DNA of 64,000 nt, from contig CAZBMQ010000003.1 in the NCBI GenBank assembly GCA_964493485.1, forward strand, positions 8,468 through 72,467. The letters are read 5' to 3'. This document shows, in pieces, positions 48,029 through 57,397 of the stretch. Source of the DNA: an uncultured Candidatus Saccharibacteria bacterium. Its GTDB lineage: Bacteria > Patescibacteriota > Minisyncoccia > Minisyncoccales > JANBVM01. A model generated the notes under the pieces. That model had not been told where the DNA came from, made no database searches, and worked only from the letters and a program-made list of their open reading frames with translations. The translations under genes and the position numbers were made by a program. The first letter of the stretch is position 1, and each line of letters starts with the position of its first letter.

Positions 48029-49750
48029 TTATTTCTCTTGAGTTACCCTTAATACCTCAGTTAGAGTAGTAACCCCTTCTAATATTTTTAATATCCCATC
48101 CTGCCTCATAGTCACCATTCCTTGCCTTTCAGCTTCTTCTTTTAACTTCTTTTCTGAAAGGTCTCCTAATACAATTTCAGAAAGCCTGTCTGTCATCTCT
48201 AAAATCTCAAAAACTCCAATTCTTCCAGAAAAACCTTGGTTGTTGCAATCTCTGCAGCCTACAGCTTCCCATAAATAAAGCGTCTTGGGAACTTTTACTT
48301 CTTTTCTTAATTCTTCAGGAAAACCTTCTATCTCTCTCAAAATCATATCTCTGACCTCTTTTGAGGCTTTCACTTTCTTCTTGCATTTATCGCACAGTCT
48401 TCTTACCAATCTTTGACCTATGACTAAACTAAGTGTCGGAGGTATTAAATAAGGTTGAACTTTTAAATCAACTAATCTTGGAATAACCCCCAATGAATCA
48501 TTAGTATGCAGTGTTGAAAAAACCATATGCCCTGTCAAAGCAGCATGCGTCACTAAAGAAGCTGTCTCTTCGTCTCTTATCTCTCCCACCATAATAATAT
48601 CAGGATCCTGTCTTAATATAGATCTCAATCCATTTGCAAAACTATATCCAATCTCAGGTCTCACCTGGGACTGATTGATTCCTTTTAAAAAATACTCTGC
48701 CGGATCTTCAAGGGTCACAATATTTACTTCTTCTTTGTTTAAAATCTGTAAGATTGCATACAAGGTAGTAGTTTTTCCTGAACCAGTAGGTCCTGTGCTT
48801 AGAACCAGTCCATAAGGTTTTTTAATAGCTTTCATTATAGCCTCGCTATGCCTTTTTGACAATCCCAAATCCTCAAATTTTTTCAATCCTACTGTAGGAT
48901 CCAAAACCCTCAATACTACTTTCTCTCCAAGAGTGGTAGGGAAGGTAGACACCCTGAAATCAATATCTTTATTTTCAATCCTAGCAGAAAATCTGCCGTC
49001 TTGGGGAACTCTTGTCTCATCTAGTTTTAAATTAGACAATACCTTTATTCTAGAAACTATTGCTTTATGAAGTCTTATCGGCAAAAAAATAGAAGAATGC
49101 AATGCTCCCAAAAATCTAAAACGAGCCCTTAATTTATCTCTTCCAGGCTCGATATGAATATCTGAGGCCTTACCTTCAACCGCATATCTTAAAAGCACAG
49201 CTACCACTTTGGAGATAGGGGCTTCTTCTACCAACCTTTCTATCTCTGCTTCTGTGGCTCTAGATACTCCTTCTATTTTTAATTCTTCTTCCAGCTCTTC
49301 CAATGCTTTTCCCACTTCTCTCTTTAATGTTCTGTGTTGTTTTAATATTTTATTAAATGTGTTTGGAGTTATCAAAAAAATCTTATAGTCAAACTTTCCT
49401 CTTCTTGCTAAAAATTTTAAAGCTTCCTGGGCATCTAAATCCTCAGGATATACCATTCCTACTTCTAAAATATTGTCTTTCTTAGACAAGGCTACCATCT
49501 CATAATGCTTGGCGGTCTCTTCAGGAATAAGCTCTAGCACCTCTAACTCTACTTGTTTGGGGTCTACTTCTTTTAGAGGAATATTTAAATATTCTGATTT
49601 TAGATTAAACAAAACCTCTTCTGTTACAATTCCTTTTTCTAAAATAAACTCCTCTTCTTTCTTATCTGATGATTCCAATTCCTGTTTAAAAACATCAAAT
49701 TGTTCTTTTTTTAAAAATCCTTTCTTTAATAATTCTTCTAATAAAGGCAT
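48029..49750 (-). CDS. pilB: Type IV pilus assembly ATPase PilB (GspE family)
   Basis: N-terminal GSPII_E_N-like domain. LSTGPTGSGKTTTLYAIL (Walker A). Tetra-Cys motif (CDKC...CRDC). 573 aa. Confidence 0.9.
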   Translation of the reverse strand: MPLLEELLKKGFLKKEQFDVFKQELESSDKKEEEFILEKGIVTEEVLFNLKSEYLNIPLKEVDPKQVELEVLELIPEETAKHYEMVALSKKDNILEVGMVYPEDLDAQEALKFLARRGKFDYKIFLITPNTFNKILKQHRTLKREVGKALEELEEELKIEGVSRATEAEIERLVEEAPISKVVAVLLRYAVEGKASDIHIEPGRDKLRARFRFLGALHSSIFLPIRLHKAIVSRIKVLSNLKLDETRVPQDGRFSARIENKDIDFRVSTFPTTLGEKVVLRVLDPTVGLKKFEDLGLSKRHSEAIMKAIKKPYGLVLSTGPTGSGKTTTLYAILQILNKEEVNIVTLEDPAEYFLKGINQSQVRPEIGYSFANGLRSILRQDPDIIMVGEIRDEETASLVTHAALTGHMVFSTLHTNDSLGVIPRLVDLKVQPYLIPPTLSLVIGQRLVRRLCDKCKKKVKASKEVRDMILREIEGFPEELRKEVKVPKTLYLWEAVGCRDCNNQGFSGRIGVFEILEMTDRLSEIVLGDLSEKKLKEEAERQGMVTMRQDGILKILEGVTTLTEVLRVTQEK

Positions 49751-49765
49751 AATTTTATTTTTTAA

Positions 49766-50062
49766 TTAAGGCTGCTGGGTTGGTAGATAAGGAACAAAAG
49801 GGTTTTCTCTTCCTAATTCACCTTCAAAATCAGGTATCTTTTCAATTGGCTGAAGTTCTTTTAATAATGGATTGTCCAATACCTCAAAATCTATTTTAAT
49901 TTTTTTAAAATGTTGCTGAATAAACACTTCTTCTGTGGAAGTCTCCTGCTGCATATAAAAATACCACACTCCTATAAATATACCAGCCGCAACGAGAACT
50001 CCTAAAAATATAAAAATCAATCTCTTCTGTCTCTTTATTTGCTCTTGAAATGTAATTGCCAT
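49766..50062 (-). CDS. Small single-TM protein in the pilMNO-pilB operon (possible PilP-like component)
   Basis: 98 aa, one TM (LIFIFLGVLVAAGIFIGVWYF). The call rests on operon position only. Confidence 0.3.
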   Translation of the reverse strand: MAITFQEQIKRQKRLIFIFLGVLVAAGIFIGVWYFYMQQETSTEEVFIQQHFKKIKIDFEVLDNPLLKELQPIEKIPDFEGELGRENPFVPYLPTQQP

Positions 50063-50079
50063 AGTTATAAAAATTGAGC

Positions 50080-50619
50080 TTAGTAGATTGGGTTTTCATT
50101 TATAAAATAAACCTTTATTATAAGATCAAATCCAAAAATTTTTTCCTTTTCTGAAAAAGTAAGATCAATATTTGTAATCTCAATTAATCTGTCTGACTTT
50201 TCCACTAGGGAAACAAATTGTTTAAAACCCTGATAATCTCCTTTTAGAGCAACTCCTATTTGGGCGACCCCAATATTTTTCCCCATTTCAGAAGAGGGAA
50301 AAACCTCTGTTCTTATCTGGTCTAATACAAGCCCGGATTGCGAAGCTGCTTTTTGTAAAAAATTTAAAAGCTCTGATAAACGAGGACTTTTAGGCAAAGC
50401 GGCCTCTATCTTTTCTAAAGAATCTTTTCTCTTTTTCAATTCTTCTGATATTCGCTGAACCTCCTTTAAATAATTCTCTTGTGATAATAATTCTCCTTCC
50501 TTTACTAATATCTTCTGTCTAATATCATTAAGTTCTCTGTATTTTGGAAGTACTGCCACAAATACAAGCAACAGAATAAAGGAAAAAACTATAAAACTAT
50601 AGAATGAATAATTTTTCAT
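50080..50619 (-). CDS. PilO-like type IV pilus alignment protein
   Basis: Short N-terminus, single TM, coiled-coil, periplasmic-type domain. Called by position after pilM/pilN. Confidence 0.5.
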   Translation of the reverse strand: MKNYSFYSFIVFSFILLLVFVAVLPKYRELNDIRQKILVKEGELLSQENYLKEVQRISEELKKRKDSLEKIEAALPKSPRLSELLNFLQKAASQSGLVLDQIRTEVFPSSEMGKNIGVAQIGVALKGDYQGFKQFVSLVEKSDRLIEITNIDLTFSEKEKIFGFDLIIKVYFINENPIY

Positions 50620-50620
50620 A

Positions 50621-51148
50621 TTAATATTTAAAAAGCTCTTTATTTAGCAAAAGAGTCAAGTCGAACTCAATCCCTCCTTTTTTTCCAAAACCAACATTAC
50701 CTATTTTTAATCTCTCCACTAAAGGAGATTGTTTAAAAATAGAAATCTGTTGACCCAAAGAAATAAAGTTATCTGTTCCTCCTTTAAAATCAACCTCTCT
50801 AAGAACGGACTTTATTTTTGTATCAGAAAAGAAAACCTTTGGATGGGTATTTTTCTCTAAAAAATCAAAAAGTTTTGAGTTAATAATATGGGCTTCAAGA
50901 AAAGGAGCAAAATCCTTTATTTTCTTTTTGTAATAAAGTACTTCTTTTTCCAAAGAGAGCATTTCCTCACCTTTCTTGCTTTCTATCTTATTTTCTAACT
51001 CCTGAAGATAGACAGTTGTCTTTGAAATAAGATGAAGAAAGATAAAATATCCTATTACTGTGGCTATCAGCAAAAACACCAAGAAATAAAACATAAATAC
51101 CTGCCATTTTGGTGCTTCTTCAACTGGTTTTGGTATTATCTCTACCAT
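50621..51148 (-). CDS. PilN-like type IV pilus alignment protein
   Basis: Single TM after a short cytoplasmic N-terminus; coiled-coil; immediately downstream of pilM. Confidence 0.5.
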   Translation of the reverse strand: MVEIIPKPVEEAPKWQVFMFYFLVFLLIATVIGYFIFLHLISKTTVYLQELENKIESKKGEEMLSLEKEVLYYKKKIKDFAPFLEAHIINSKLFDFLEKNTHPKVFFSDTKIKSVLREVDFKGGTDNFISLGQQISIFKQSPLVERLKIGNVGFGKKGGIEFDLTLLLNKELFKY

Positions 51149-51171
51149 AATATTATTATGTGGTTATATAA

Positions 51172-52251
51172 TTATTCCAATTCTCTAAGAGCCAATCCTA
51201 CTGCTATTGCATAAGAAGGGCCCATTTTTCTTAATGTTTCATCAAGAATTGGAGGATAAAAAATATTTGAAAAAGGATTTACTATCTCTACCTGTTTATT
51301 GTTAAAGTGATCCTGAAAGTGCTCCAATAGACCAGGAAGAAAAGCTGTTCCTCCTGCTATAATAATCTTTTTTACTTCTTTTTTCTCTTTTAAATAAAAA
51401 CTTCTAAAAATCCTCTCTACTTCTCTAATTATTAAATCAACCAATGGAATCAAAATTTCTTTGATATTGCTTGCTTTTGGGTCTTGGTCTGAAGCTGATA
51501 TCCCGTATTTCTTTTTAAGTTTTTCTGCTGTATGATAATCAATTGACAAACCTCTGCTTATTCTTTCTGTCAAGCTATTTCCTGAAATATCAAAGCTGTG
51601 GGAAGTTTTAAGAATTCTTTTTTCAATTATACTACATGTAGTGCTCCTTGCGCCAATATCCAATAGACCAATCACTTCTTTGTCCTCTTTTTCTATAGAA
51701 GCTCGGATTAAACCAAATACTTCAGCCTCTAAAGCCAAAAGTTCGAATTCTAGTTTTGCGGCGATTCTCTGATATTGATTAATTACTTCGTTTGGAACTG
51801 CCACCAAAAGAACCTTAATCTTTTTACTCTCTTTTCCAGGAAAACCTTCTATCACCTGCCAATCTAATGTGACTTCTCCAAGAGGGAGGGGTACATGCCG
51901 TCTGGCTTCAGCTTTCACTGCTTGTGGAACCTCCTCTTGACTCATCTGAGGCAATTCAAATGTAGTAAAAAAACTTGAAAAATCAGGTATTGAGAAAATA
52001 ACCTTACGAGACTTGATATTAGCTTCTTCAACTATAGCCTTAATCGCTTTGGAGATATCATCAGTGGAAAGCAAAAGTGTACTTTTTTCAAATGTTCTAA
52101 AAGGTTTTTTATATAACACTGAAGCTGAAATCTCACCGTAATTTTCTAGTTTCTTTCTACCAGCCCAACTAGATAATTCTACCATTTTTATAGCTGAAGT
52201 ACCAATATCTATTCCTAAAAATTTTTGTGGAAGCAATTTAAAAAACCGCAT
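51172..52251 (-). CDS. pilM: Type IV pilus assembly ATPase-like protein PilM (actin fold)
   Basis: FLGIDIGTSAIKMVELS N-terminus. Actin-like ASKHA motifs (IIAGGTAFLPGL). 359 aa. Confidence 0.8.
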   Translation of the reverse strand: MRFFKLLPQKFLGIDIGTSAIKMVELSSWAGRKKLENYGEISASVLYKKPFRTFEKSTLLLSTDDISKAIKAIVEEANIKSRKVIFSIPDFSSFFTTFELPQMSQEEVPQAVKAEARRHVPLPLGEVTLDWQVIEGFPGKESKKIKVLLVAVPNEVINQYQRIAAKLEFELLALEAEVFGLIRASIEKEDKEVIGLLDIGARSTTCSIIEKRILKTSHSFDISGNSLTERISRGLSIDYHTAEKLKKKYGISASDQDPKASNIKEILIPLVDLIIREVERIFRSFYLKEKKEVKKIIIAGGTAFLPGLLEHFQDHFNNKQVEIVNPFSNIFYPPILDETLRKMGPSYAIAVGLALRELE

Positions 52252-52302
52252 TGTTTTATTTCCCTATAACTATATAATTAATTATATCATAAATTATATC
52301 AC

Positions 52303-52992
52303 ATGAAAGGATTTAATTTTAAAGAGTTTCTTTTAGATTTATTTTTTCCAAAATTCTGCTTTGGATGTAAAACAGAAGGAACATATCTGTGTGAAGATTG
52401 TAAAGCTATCCTTGATATTAATAATTTTCACAAGATATGTAAGAAAAAATGGCTCGATGATTTGTATTTTGCTCTTGATTACAAGAGTTTTTTGATAAAA
52501 AACCTAATCTATAATTTCAAATATAATTCCTTTGCTAGAGATTTATCTTTTCCAATTTCTTCTTTAATAATAGATCATTTTAAACTCTTAGATAAAAAAC
52601 CAAATTTTTCAGATTTTATATTAATCCCAATGCCTCTTGAAAAAACAAGATTAAAGTGGAGAGGATTTAATCAGGCGCAAAAAATCGCAGAACAGATTTC
52701 TTTATTTTTAAAAGTCCCTCTAGTTAATAATGTATTATTTAAAAAGCGAAAAACTCCTCCCCAGATTAATCTTTCTGAAATTCAAAGGAAAAAAAATATC
52801 AAAGATGCATTTTATTGTTATAATTCAGAAAAACTCCTTAAAAGAAAAGGGGTATTATTGGTAGATGATGTATATACTACAGGTGCTACAATGGAAGAAG
52901 CAGCTAAAACTCTTAAAAAAGCTGGAGCTAAAAAAGTCATAGGAATAGTTATTGCAAGATCTACGCTCTTTCAGGATAAATTAAAAAGGTAA
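52303..52992 (+). CDS. comFC: Competence protein ComFC (phosphoribosyltransferase-domain protein)
   Basis: N-terminal Zn-ribbon CFGCKTEGTYLCEDCK. C-terminal PRTase motif VLLVDDVYTTGATMEEA. Divergent from pilM. Confidence 0.8.
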   Translation: MKGFNFKEFLLDLFFPKFCFGCKTEGTYLCEDCKAILDINNFHKICKKKWLDDLYFALDYKSFLIKNLIYNFKYNSFARDLSFPISSLIIDHFKLLDKKPNFSDFILIPMPLEKTRLKWRGFNQAQKIAEQISLFLKVPLVNNVLFKKRKTPPQINLSEIQRKKNIKDAFYCYNSEKLLKRKGVLLVDDVYTTGATMEEAAKTLKKAGAKKVIGIVIARSTLFQDKLKR

Positions 52993-53080
52993 AAAGATAG
53001 GACAAAAAATAAAAGCTAGGACAAAAAAGAATAAAAACCGGATAAACACCGGTCTTTAATATTTGAAATGATAACATTTT

Positions 53081-53566
53081 CTATTGTCTAATGTCTAAAA
53101 GCTCTACTTCAAATATTAAAGTAGCATTAGGAGGAATTGGACCTCCAGGTGTGCCTTTTTCACCATATCCTAATTCAGGGGAAATAATCAGTTTTCGTTT
53201 TTCTCCTATTTTCATTCCTAATACACCAATGTCCCAACCTTTAATTACTTGTCCTATACCCAATTTAAAAGTAAAAGGGCTATTTCTATCTAAACTGGAA
53301 TCAAACTTTGTCCCATCTTCTAACCAACCTGTGTAATGAACAACAACTGTATCTCCATCTTTAGCCTCTTGTCCCTCCCCTTGTTTTAATATCTCTATTT
53401 CTAAACCTTCTACACCTTTCTTGCTTTCAGTTGGAACTGACTTTTCTGTTGTATTTTTGCGAAAAGTCTGAAAGAAAAAATAAGACACAGAAAGAATTGC
53501 TATTAAAATAGTAATTGAAAGAATAATTTTTCTCATAATCCAAAAGGTAACTTCATATTTTATCAA
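53081..53566 (-). CDS. FKBP-type peptidyl-prolyl cis-trans isomerase (secreted or membrane-anchored)
   Basis: [21 protein letters not shown]...[36 protein letters not shown]...[12 protein letters not shown]. Confidence 0.85.
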   Translation of the reverse strand: MIKYEVTFWIMRKIILSITILIAILSVSYFFFQTFRKNTTEKSVPTESKKGVEGLEIEILKQGEGQEAKDGDTVVVHYTGWLEDGTKFDSSLDRNSPFTFKLGIGQVIKGWDIGVLGMKIGEKRKLIISPELGYGEKGTPGGPIPPNATLIFEVELLDIRQ

Positions 53567-54024
53567 ATATCTCTAAAAAGAAAATCGAGCTTATCTCCTT
53601 TTTTTAATCCTATTTTTCTCGAAATACCTCCATTAATTTCTAAAACATATTTTGCCTTGAATCCCGGACTAATAAACGGACACTCTGTTTCTTTGCAGGG
53701 TTGAGCGTTTTCTTTTATAAATACTACCTTCCCTTCACTATTAATCCAGATAATATCTAAAGGAATTAAGGTATTCTTCATCCAAAAGGAATATTCTCCT
53801 TCTTCATTAAAAATAAAAAGCATACCTTTATCTGGATCCAAATGCTTTCTGAACATTAGCCCCCTACTGCGTTCCTCCGGTGTTACAGCTAATTCAAGAT
53901 TGAAACAGAAATTTTTAAAACAAACCTTGCCTTCCTTTTTTGTTTTTTGATTTAAATAGGTGTTATAAGCAACTCCTGAAGCTATTAAAAAAAGAGTGGC
54001 TATTAAAAAAACTTTCTTTCTCAT
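53563..54024 (-). CDS. DUF192-family secreted protein
   Basis: Signal peptide. DUF192-like blocks [21 protein letters not shown]...[16 protein letters not shown]. Confidence 0.55.
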   Translation of the reverse strand: MRKKVFLIATLFLIASGVAYNTYLNQKTKKEGKVCFKNFCFNLELAVTPEERSRGLMFRKHLDPDKGMLFIFNEEGEYSFWMKNTLIPLDIIWINSEGKVVFIKENAQPCKETECPFISPGFKAKYVLEINGGISRKIGLKKGDKLDFLFRDI

Positions 54025-54082
54025 TTGCTTATTTCTTTCCTGTATTTATCTTCTCAGGTCAAAAAATTATTTCCCTTTTAAT

Positions 54083-54649
54083 TTAGAGAACGCATCTTGG
54101 AAGAAAATAGAGATACAAAGCGCTTCCAAAACAAAGAAATGACATTATAACAAATACTGCATCAAAGCCAAATCTTGTCACTATTATCCCGCCTAGTATA
54201 GCACCTGTTGCTGTAGTAAAATAACTCATTGCTTCCCAGCTTCCCCACTGAAAACCGGATTTCTTTCTCTCTAAATGTTTGGAATAAACCGCATCAAATG
54301 CTGGACCATAAATTGCTTCTCCAAATCCAATTACAATTTGAATAAGAAATAAAGCCTCAATCGATCTCACTATCAAATATAAAGCAAAACCAATTCCCAT
54401 TATTATATATCCTAATACTATAATGAGTTCGTTTTCTTTTATCTTATCGCTATATCTTCCAGAGATAAGAGTAGTAATTCCAGCAGCAAGTGCAAAGATT
54501 CCTCCTGCAAAACTGGCATCAAGAAGACCACCACCTATTTCTTCAACAAAAATAGCATAAATGGGCCCCAGCATTGCTCCTGCCAACATCACTATACCAT
54601 CTGTTAAAAGTAAAATGTGGATTGCTTTATTAAAAAACAATTGTCTCAT
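54083..54649 (-). CDS. MFS-transporter C-terminal half (6 TM); probable 5'-truncated gene remnant
   Basis: Opens with a typical MFS TM7 pattern (LFFNKAIHILLLTDGIVMLAGAMLGPIYAIFVEE). Motif-A-like GRYSDK sits between the 2nd and 3rd TM. The N-terminal six-TM half is absent. The region upstream is a tRNA cluster. Confidence 0.4.
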   Translation of the reverse strand: MRQLFFNKAIHILLLTDGIVMLAGAMLGPIYAIFVEEIGGGLLDASFAGGIFALAAGITTLISGRYSDKIKENELIIVLGYIIMGIGFALYLIVRSIEALFLIQIVIGFGEAIYGPAFDAVYSKHLERKKSGFQWGSWEAMSYFTTATGAILGGIIVTRFGFDAVFVIMSFLCFGSALYLYFLPRCVL

Positions 54650-54784
54650 AAAATACCAGGAGAGAGCAAGTGAATCTAATTTTAAAATTTTCTAAATTCC
54701 TGCTCTTGAATTTACTTCCCTATTATCAATATTATTTTTACCACATCATCACTACTAAGATTATCTATATTCAACAAACAAAGG

Positions 54785-54869
54785 CGGAGGGGGTGGGATT
54801 CGAACCCACACGTCCCGTTAGGGACTCCAGTTTTCAAGACTGGTGGAATAGCCGTTATCCGACCCCTCC
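54785..54869 (-). tRNA. tRNA-Ser (anticodon TGA), class II
   Basis: Reverse complement gives acceptor GGAGGGG/CCCCTCC. Anticodon stem CCAGT/ACTGG with loop CTTGAAA. Long variable arm. T-loop GTGGGTTCGAATCCCAC. Confidence 0.85.
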
Positions 54870-54939
54870 TTTTTAAAATAATATTCAAATATAAAAATTT
54901 TTAATAAAAAATATGTTTACTAAAGTGACAAAGCGAGTG

Positions 54940-55027
54940 CGGAGGAGGTGGGACTCGAACCCACAAGCCGCTTTTTACACGGCTACAGTTTAGCAAACTG
55001 CTGGCTTGCCATTCGCCGCACTCCTCC
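54940..55027 (-). tRNA. tRNA-Ser (anticodon GCT), class II
   Basis: Reverse complement gives acceptor GGAGGAG/CTCCTCC. Anticodon stem CAGTT/AACTG with loop TGCTAAA. Long variable arm. T-loop GTGGGTTCGAGTCCCAC. Confidence 0.85.
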
Positions 55028-55125
55028 TGACAACTAGCTATATTGTATCTTCAAAATCTTCTAAAGTCAATTGATTCTAATCAGTTTTTGTGATAAATTT
55101 AAATAGTTTTTATCATATAAATCAC

Positions 55126-55197
55126 TGTCCCCATAGCTTAACGGATAGAGCAGTAGCTTGCGGAGCTACTGGTGAAGGTTCGATTCCTTCTGGGGAC
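55126..55197 (+). tRNA. tRNA-Arg with apparent anticodon GCG
   Basis: Acceptor GTCCCCA/TGGGGAC. D-stem GCTT/GAGC. Anticodon stem GTAGC/GCTAC with loop TTGCGGA (U33, G37). T-arm GAAGG-TTCGATT-CCTTC. Discriminator A. Confidence 0.8.
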
Positions 55198-55238
55198 ACA
55201 ATATATCAGATAAATTTAGATTCTTAGGTTTATATTTT

Positions 55239-57347
55239 ATGAGTCTCACCCTCTCTACTTCAGTCGAGAAAATTCCGCGAATCGGTCCTCAATATCAAAA
55301 AAAACTAATGAGATTGGGGATTAAAACCGTTCGCGATCTTTTATTTCATTTTCCTCATCGATATGAAGACTTCTCAACCTTAACGCCAATTTCAGAAGTA
55401 AAAATCAATGACACTGTCTGTATTCAAGGAAAGATTCTGGAAATAAAAAACACCATAACGTGGAAAAAAAGAATGGCAATTACTGAAGCTATAGTAGAAG
55501 ACGAATCTGGAGCAATTAAAGTAATATGGTTTAATCAGCCCTATCTGATAGATACATTAAAAGCTGGCGACCTGGTATGTCTTGCAGGAAAGGTAGCACT
55601 TGGTAAAAAAAGCTATCCCGGCGTCTATCTCTCTAGCCCTGCTTATGAAAAAATATCAGATGTAGAAAAAAAGACTCTCATTCATACAGGAGGACTTATT
55701 CCAGTTTATCCCGAAACAGAAGGGCTTTCTTCAAGATGGCTGAGATATATATTAAGACCGCTCTTGGCAGAATTTAAAAATAAAATAAAAGATCCTCTCC
55801 CAGAAGAAATTAAAAGAGAAGAGGGCTTGTTGCCCTTAAATAAGGCTTTGTGGCAAATCCATTTTCCAGATTCAAAAGAATTAGCTCAGAAAGCCAGAAA
55901 AAGATTTGCCTTTCAAGAACTCTTTTTTATTCAGTTAAATGTGTTAAGAGAAAAAATGAGATTAAAAATGGAAAAAGCAATCCCTGTTCCTATTAATATT
56001 AATCTCATAAAAAGTTTTGTTGATTCCTTGCCTTTTCAATTAACGAATGCTCAAAGAAAATCCGCTTGGCAGATTCTTAAAAACATGGAAAAGCCAAGAC
56101 CTATGAATAGGTTATTAGAAGGAGATGTTGGCTCTGGAAAAACAATTGTGGCAGTAATTGCTGCCCTGAATGTAGCAAAAGCTGGATATCAGGTAGCCTT
56201 TATGGCTCCAACAGAAATCTTAGCAAAACAGCATTTCAAAAATCTAAAAAATCTCTTAAAAGATTTTGAAATAAAAATAAGCCTTTTAACCAGAGGGGAT
56301 TACAAGCTTTTAGAAGAAAAATTAACTAAAAAGAAGTTCTTGGAAAAAGTAAGAAATGGAGAGATTGATATTGTAATAGGAACACATGCTTTAATCCAAG
56401 AAGAGGTAAAATTTAAAAAGTTGGCTTTTGTTATTTTAGATGAACAACATAGGTTTGGAGTAGAACAAAGGGCTCGTCTTTGTAAAGCATCGAATGAAGA
56501 AAGAAGGCTCATTCCTCATTTGCTTTCAATGACTGCCACTCCAATCCCAAGAACCCTAGCTTTAACAATATATGGAGATTTAGATCTTTCACTTCTCGAT
56601 GAAATGCCAAGAGGAAGAAAAAAAATCATCACTAAGGTTGTTCCACCAAAAAAAAGAAAGGAGGTGTATGAGTTTATTAAGGCTGAAGTTAAAAAAGGAA
56701 AACAGGTGTTTGTTATTTGTCCTAGAATAGAAGATACCCAAACAAATCAAAAATGGACAGAAACCAAAGCAGTGAAAAAAGAATATGAAAGATTACAAAA
56801 GGAGGTATTTCCTGATCTAAGAATAGCCATGCTGCATGGAAGAATGAAAACAAAAGAAAAAGAAGAAATAATGAAAAAAATGAAGAATAAAGAAATAGAT
56901 ATTTTGGTCTCAACCTCAGTAGTAGAGGTGGGGATTGATATTCCTAATGCTACCTTAATGATTATTGAAGGAGCTGAAAAGTTCGGGTTATCCCAACTCC
57001 ATCAGTTTAGAGGAAGAGTAGGAAGAGGAACAGATCAATCCTTCTGTTTTTTATTTACAGATTCTGGTGCCAAAAATACAAGAATGCGTTTAAAAGCATT
57101 GCTGGATTCAAAAACAGGCTTTGAGCTTGCAGAAAAGGACTTAGAAATCAGAGGACCAGGAGAAATCTTTGGTTCAAGACAATGGGGAATACCTGATTTG
57201 GCAATGTCTTCTTTGTCAGATGTTTTTTTAGTTGAAAAAACAAGAAGCTGGGCACAAAAAATCCTACAACAAGATCCTCAATTAAAAAAATATCCGCTTT
57301 TAGCAGAAAAAATAAAAGAATTTGGAAAAATAATCCATTTAGAATAA
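55239..57347 (+). CDS. recG: ATP-dependent DNA helicase RecG
   Basis: Wedge/OB N-terminal region. Helicase motifs LLEGDVGSGKTIVA (I) and ILDEQHRFG (II). QFRGRVGRG (VI). 702 aa. Confidence 0.9.
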   Translation: MSLTLSTSVEKIPRIGPQYQKKLMRLGIKTVRDLLFHFPHRYEDFSTLTPISEVKINDTVCIQGKILEIKNTITWKKRMAITEAIVEDESGAIKVIWFNQPYLIDTLKAGDLVCLAGKVALGKKSYPGVYLSSPAYEKISDVEKKTLIHTGGLIPVYPETEGLSSRWLRYILRPLLAEFKNKIKDPLPEEIKREEGLLPLNKALWQIHFPDSKELAQKARKRFAFQELFFIQLNVLREKMRLKMEKAIPVPININLIKSFVDSLPFQLTNAQRKSAWQILKNMEKPRPMNRLLEGDVGSGKTIVAVIAALNVAKAGYQVAFMAPTEILAKQHFKNLKNLLKDFEIKISLLTRGDYKLLEEKLTKKKFLEKVRNGEIDIVIGTHALIQEEVKFKKLAFVILDEQHRFGVEQRARLCKASNEERRLIPHLLSMTATPIPRTLALTIYGDLDLSLLDEMPRGRKKIITKVVPPKKRKEVYEFIKAEVKKGKQVFVICPRIEDTQTNQKWTETKAVKKEYERLQKEVFPDLRIAMLHGRMKTKEKEEIMKKMKNKEIDILVSTSVVEVGIDIPNATLMIIEGAEKFGLSQLHQFRGRVGRGTDQSFCFLFTDSGAKNTRMRLKALLDSKTGFELAEKDLEIRGPGEIFGSRQWGIPDLAMSSLSDVFLVEKTRSWAQKILQQDPQLKKYPLLAEKIKEFGKIIHLE

Positions 57348-57397
57348 ATCTCCTTTTAGTTTTCTTTTTATTTTTAAATTTTCCTCAAGAAAGTTTT

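Noticed and set aside
54670-54876. 68-aa plus-strand ORF
   Set aside because: It lies entirely over the tRNA-Ser(TGA) gene on the opposite strand; spurious.
54785-55197. Considered a mobile element integrated at the tRNA cluster (integrase, att repeats)
   Set aside because: No integrase, transposase or direct repeat of a tRNA 3' end was seen in the flanks. Only the gene truncation and decay noted under findings were seen.
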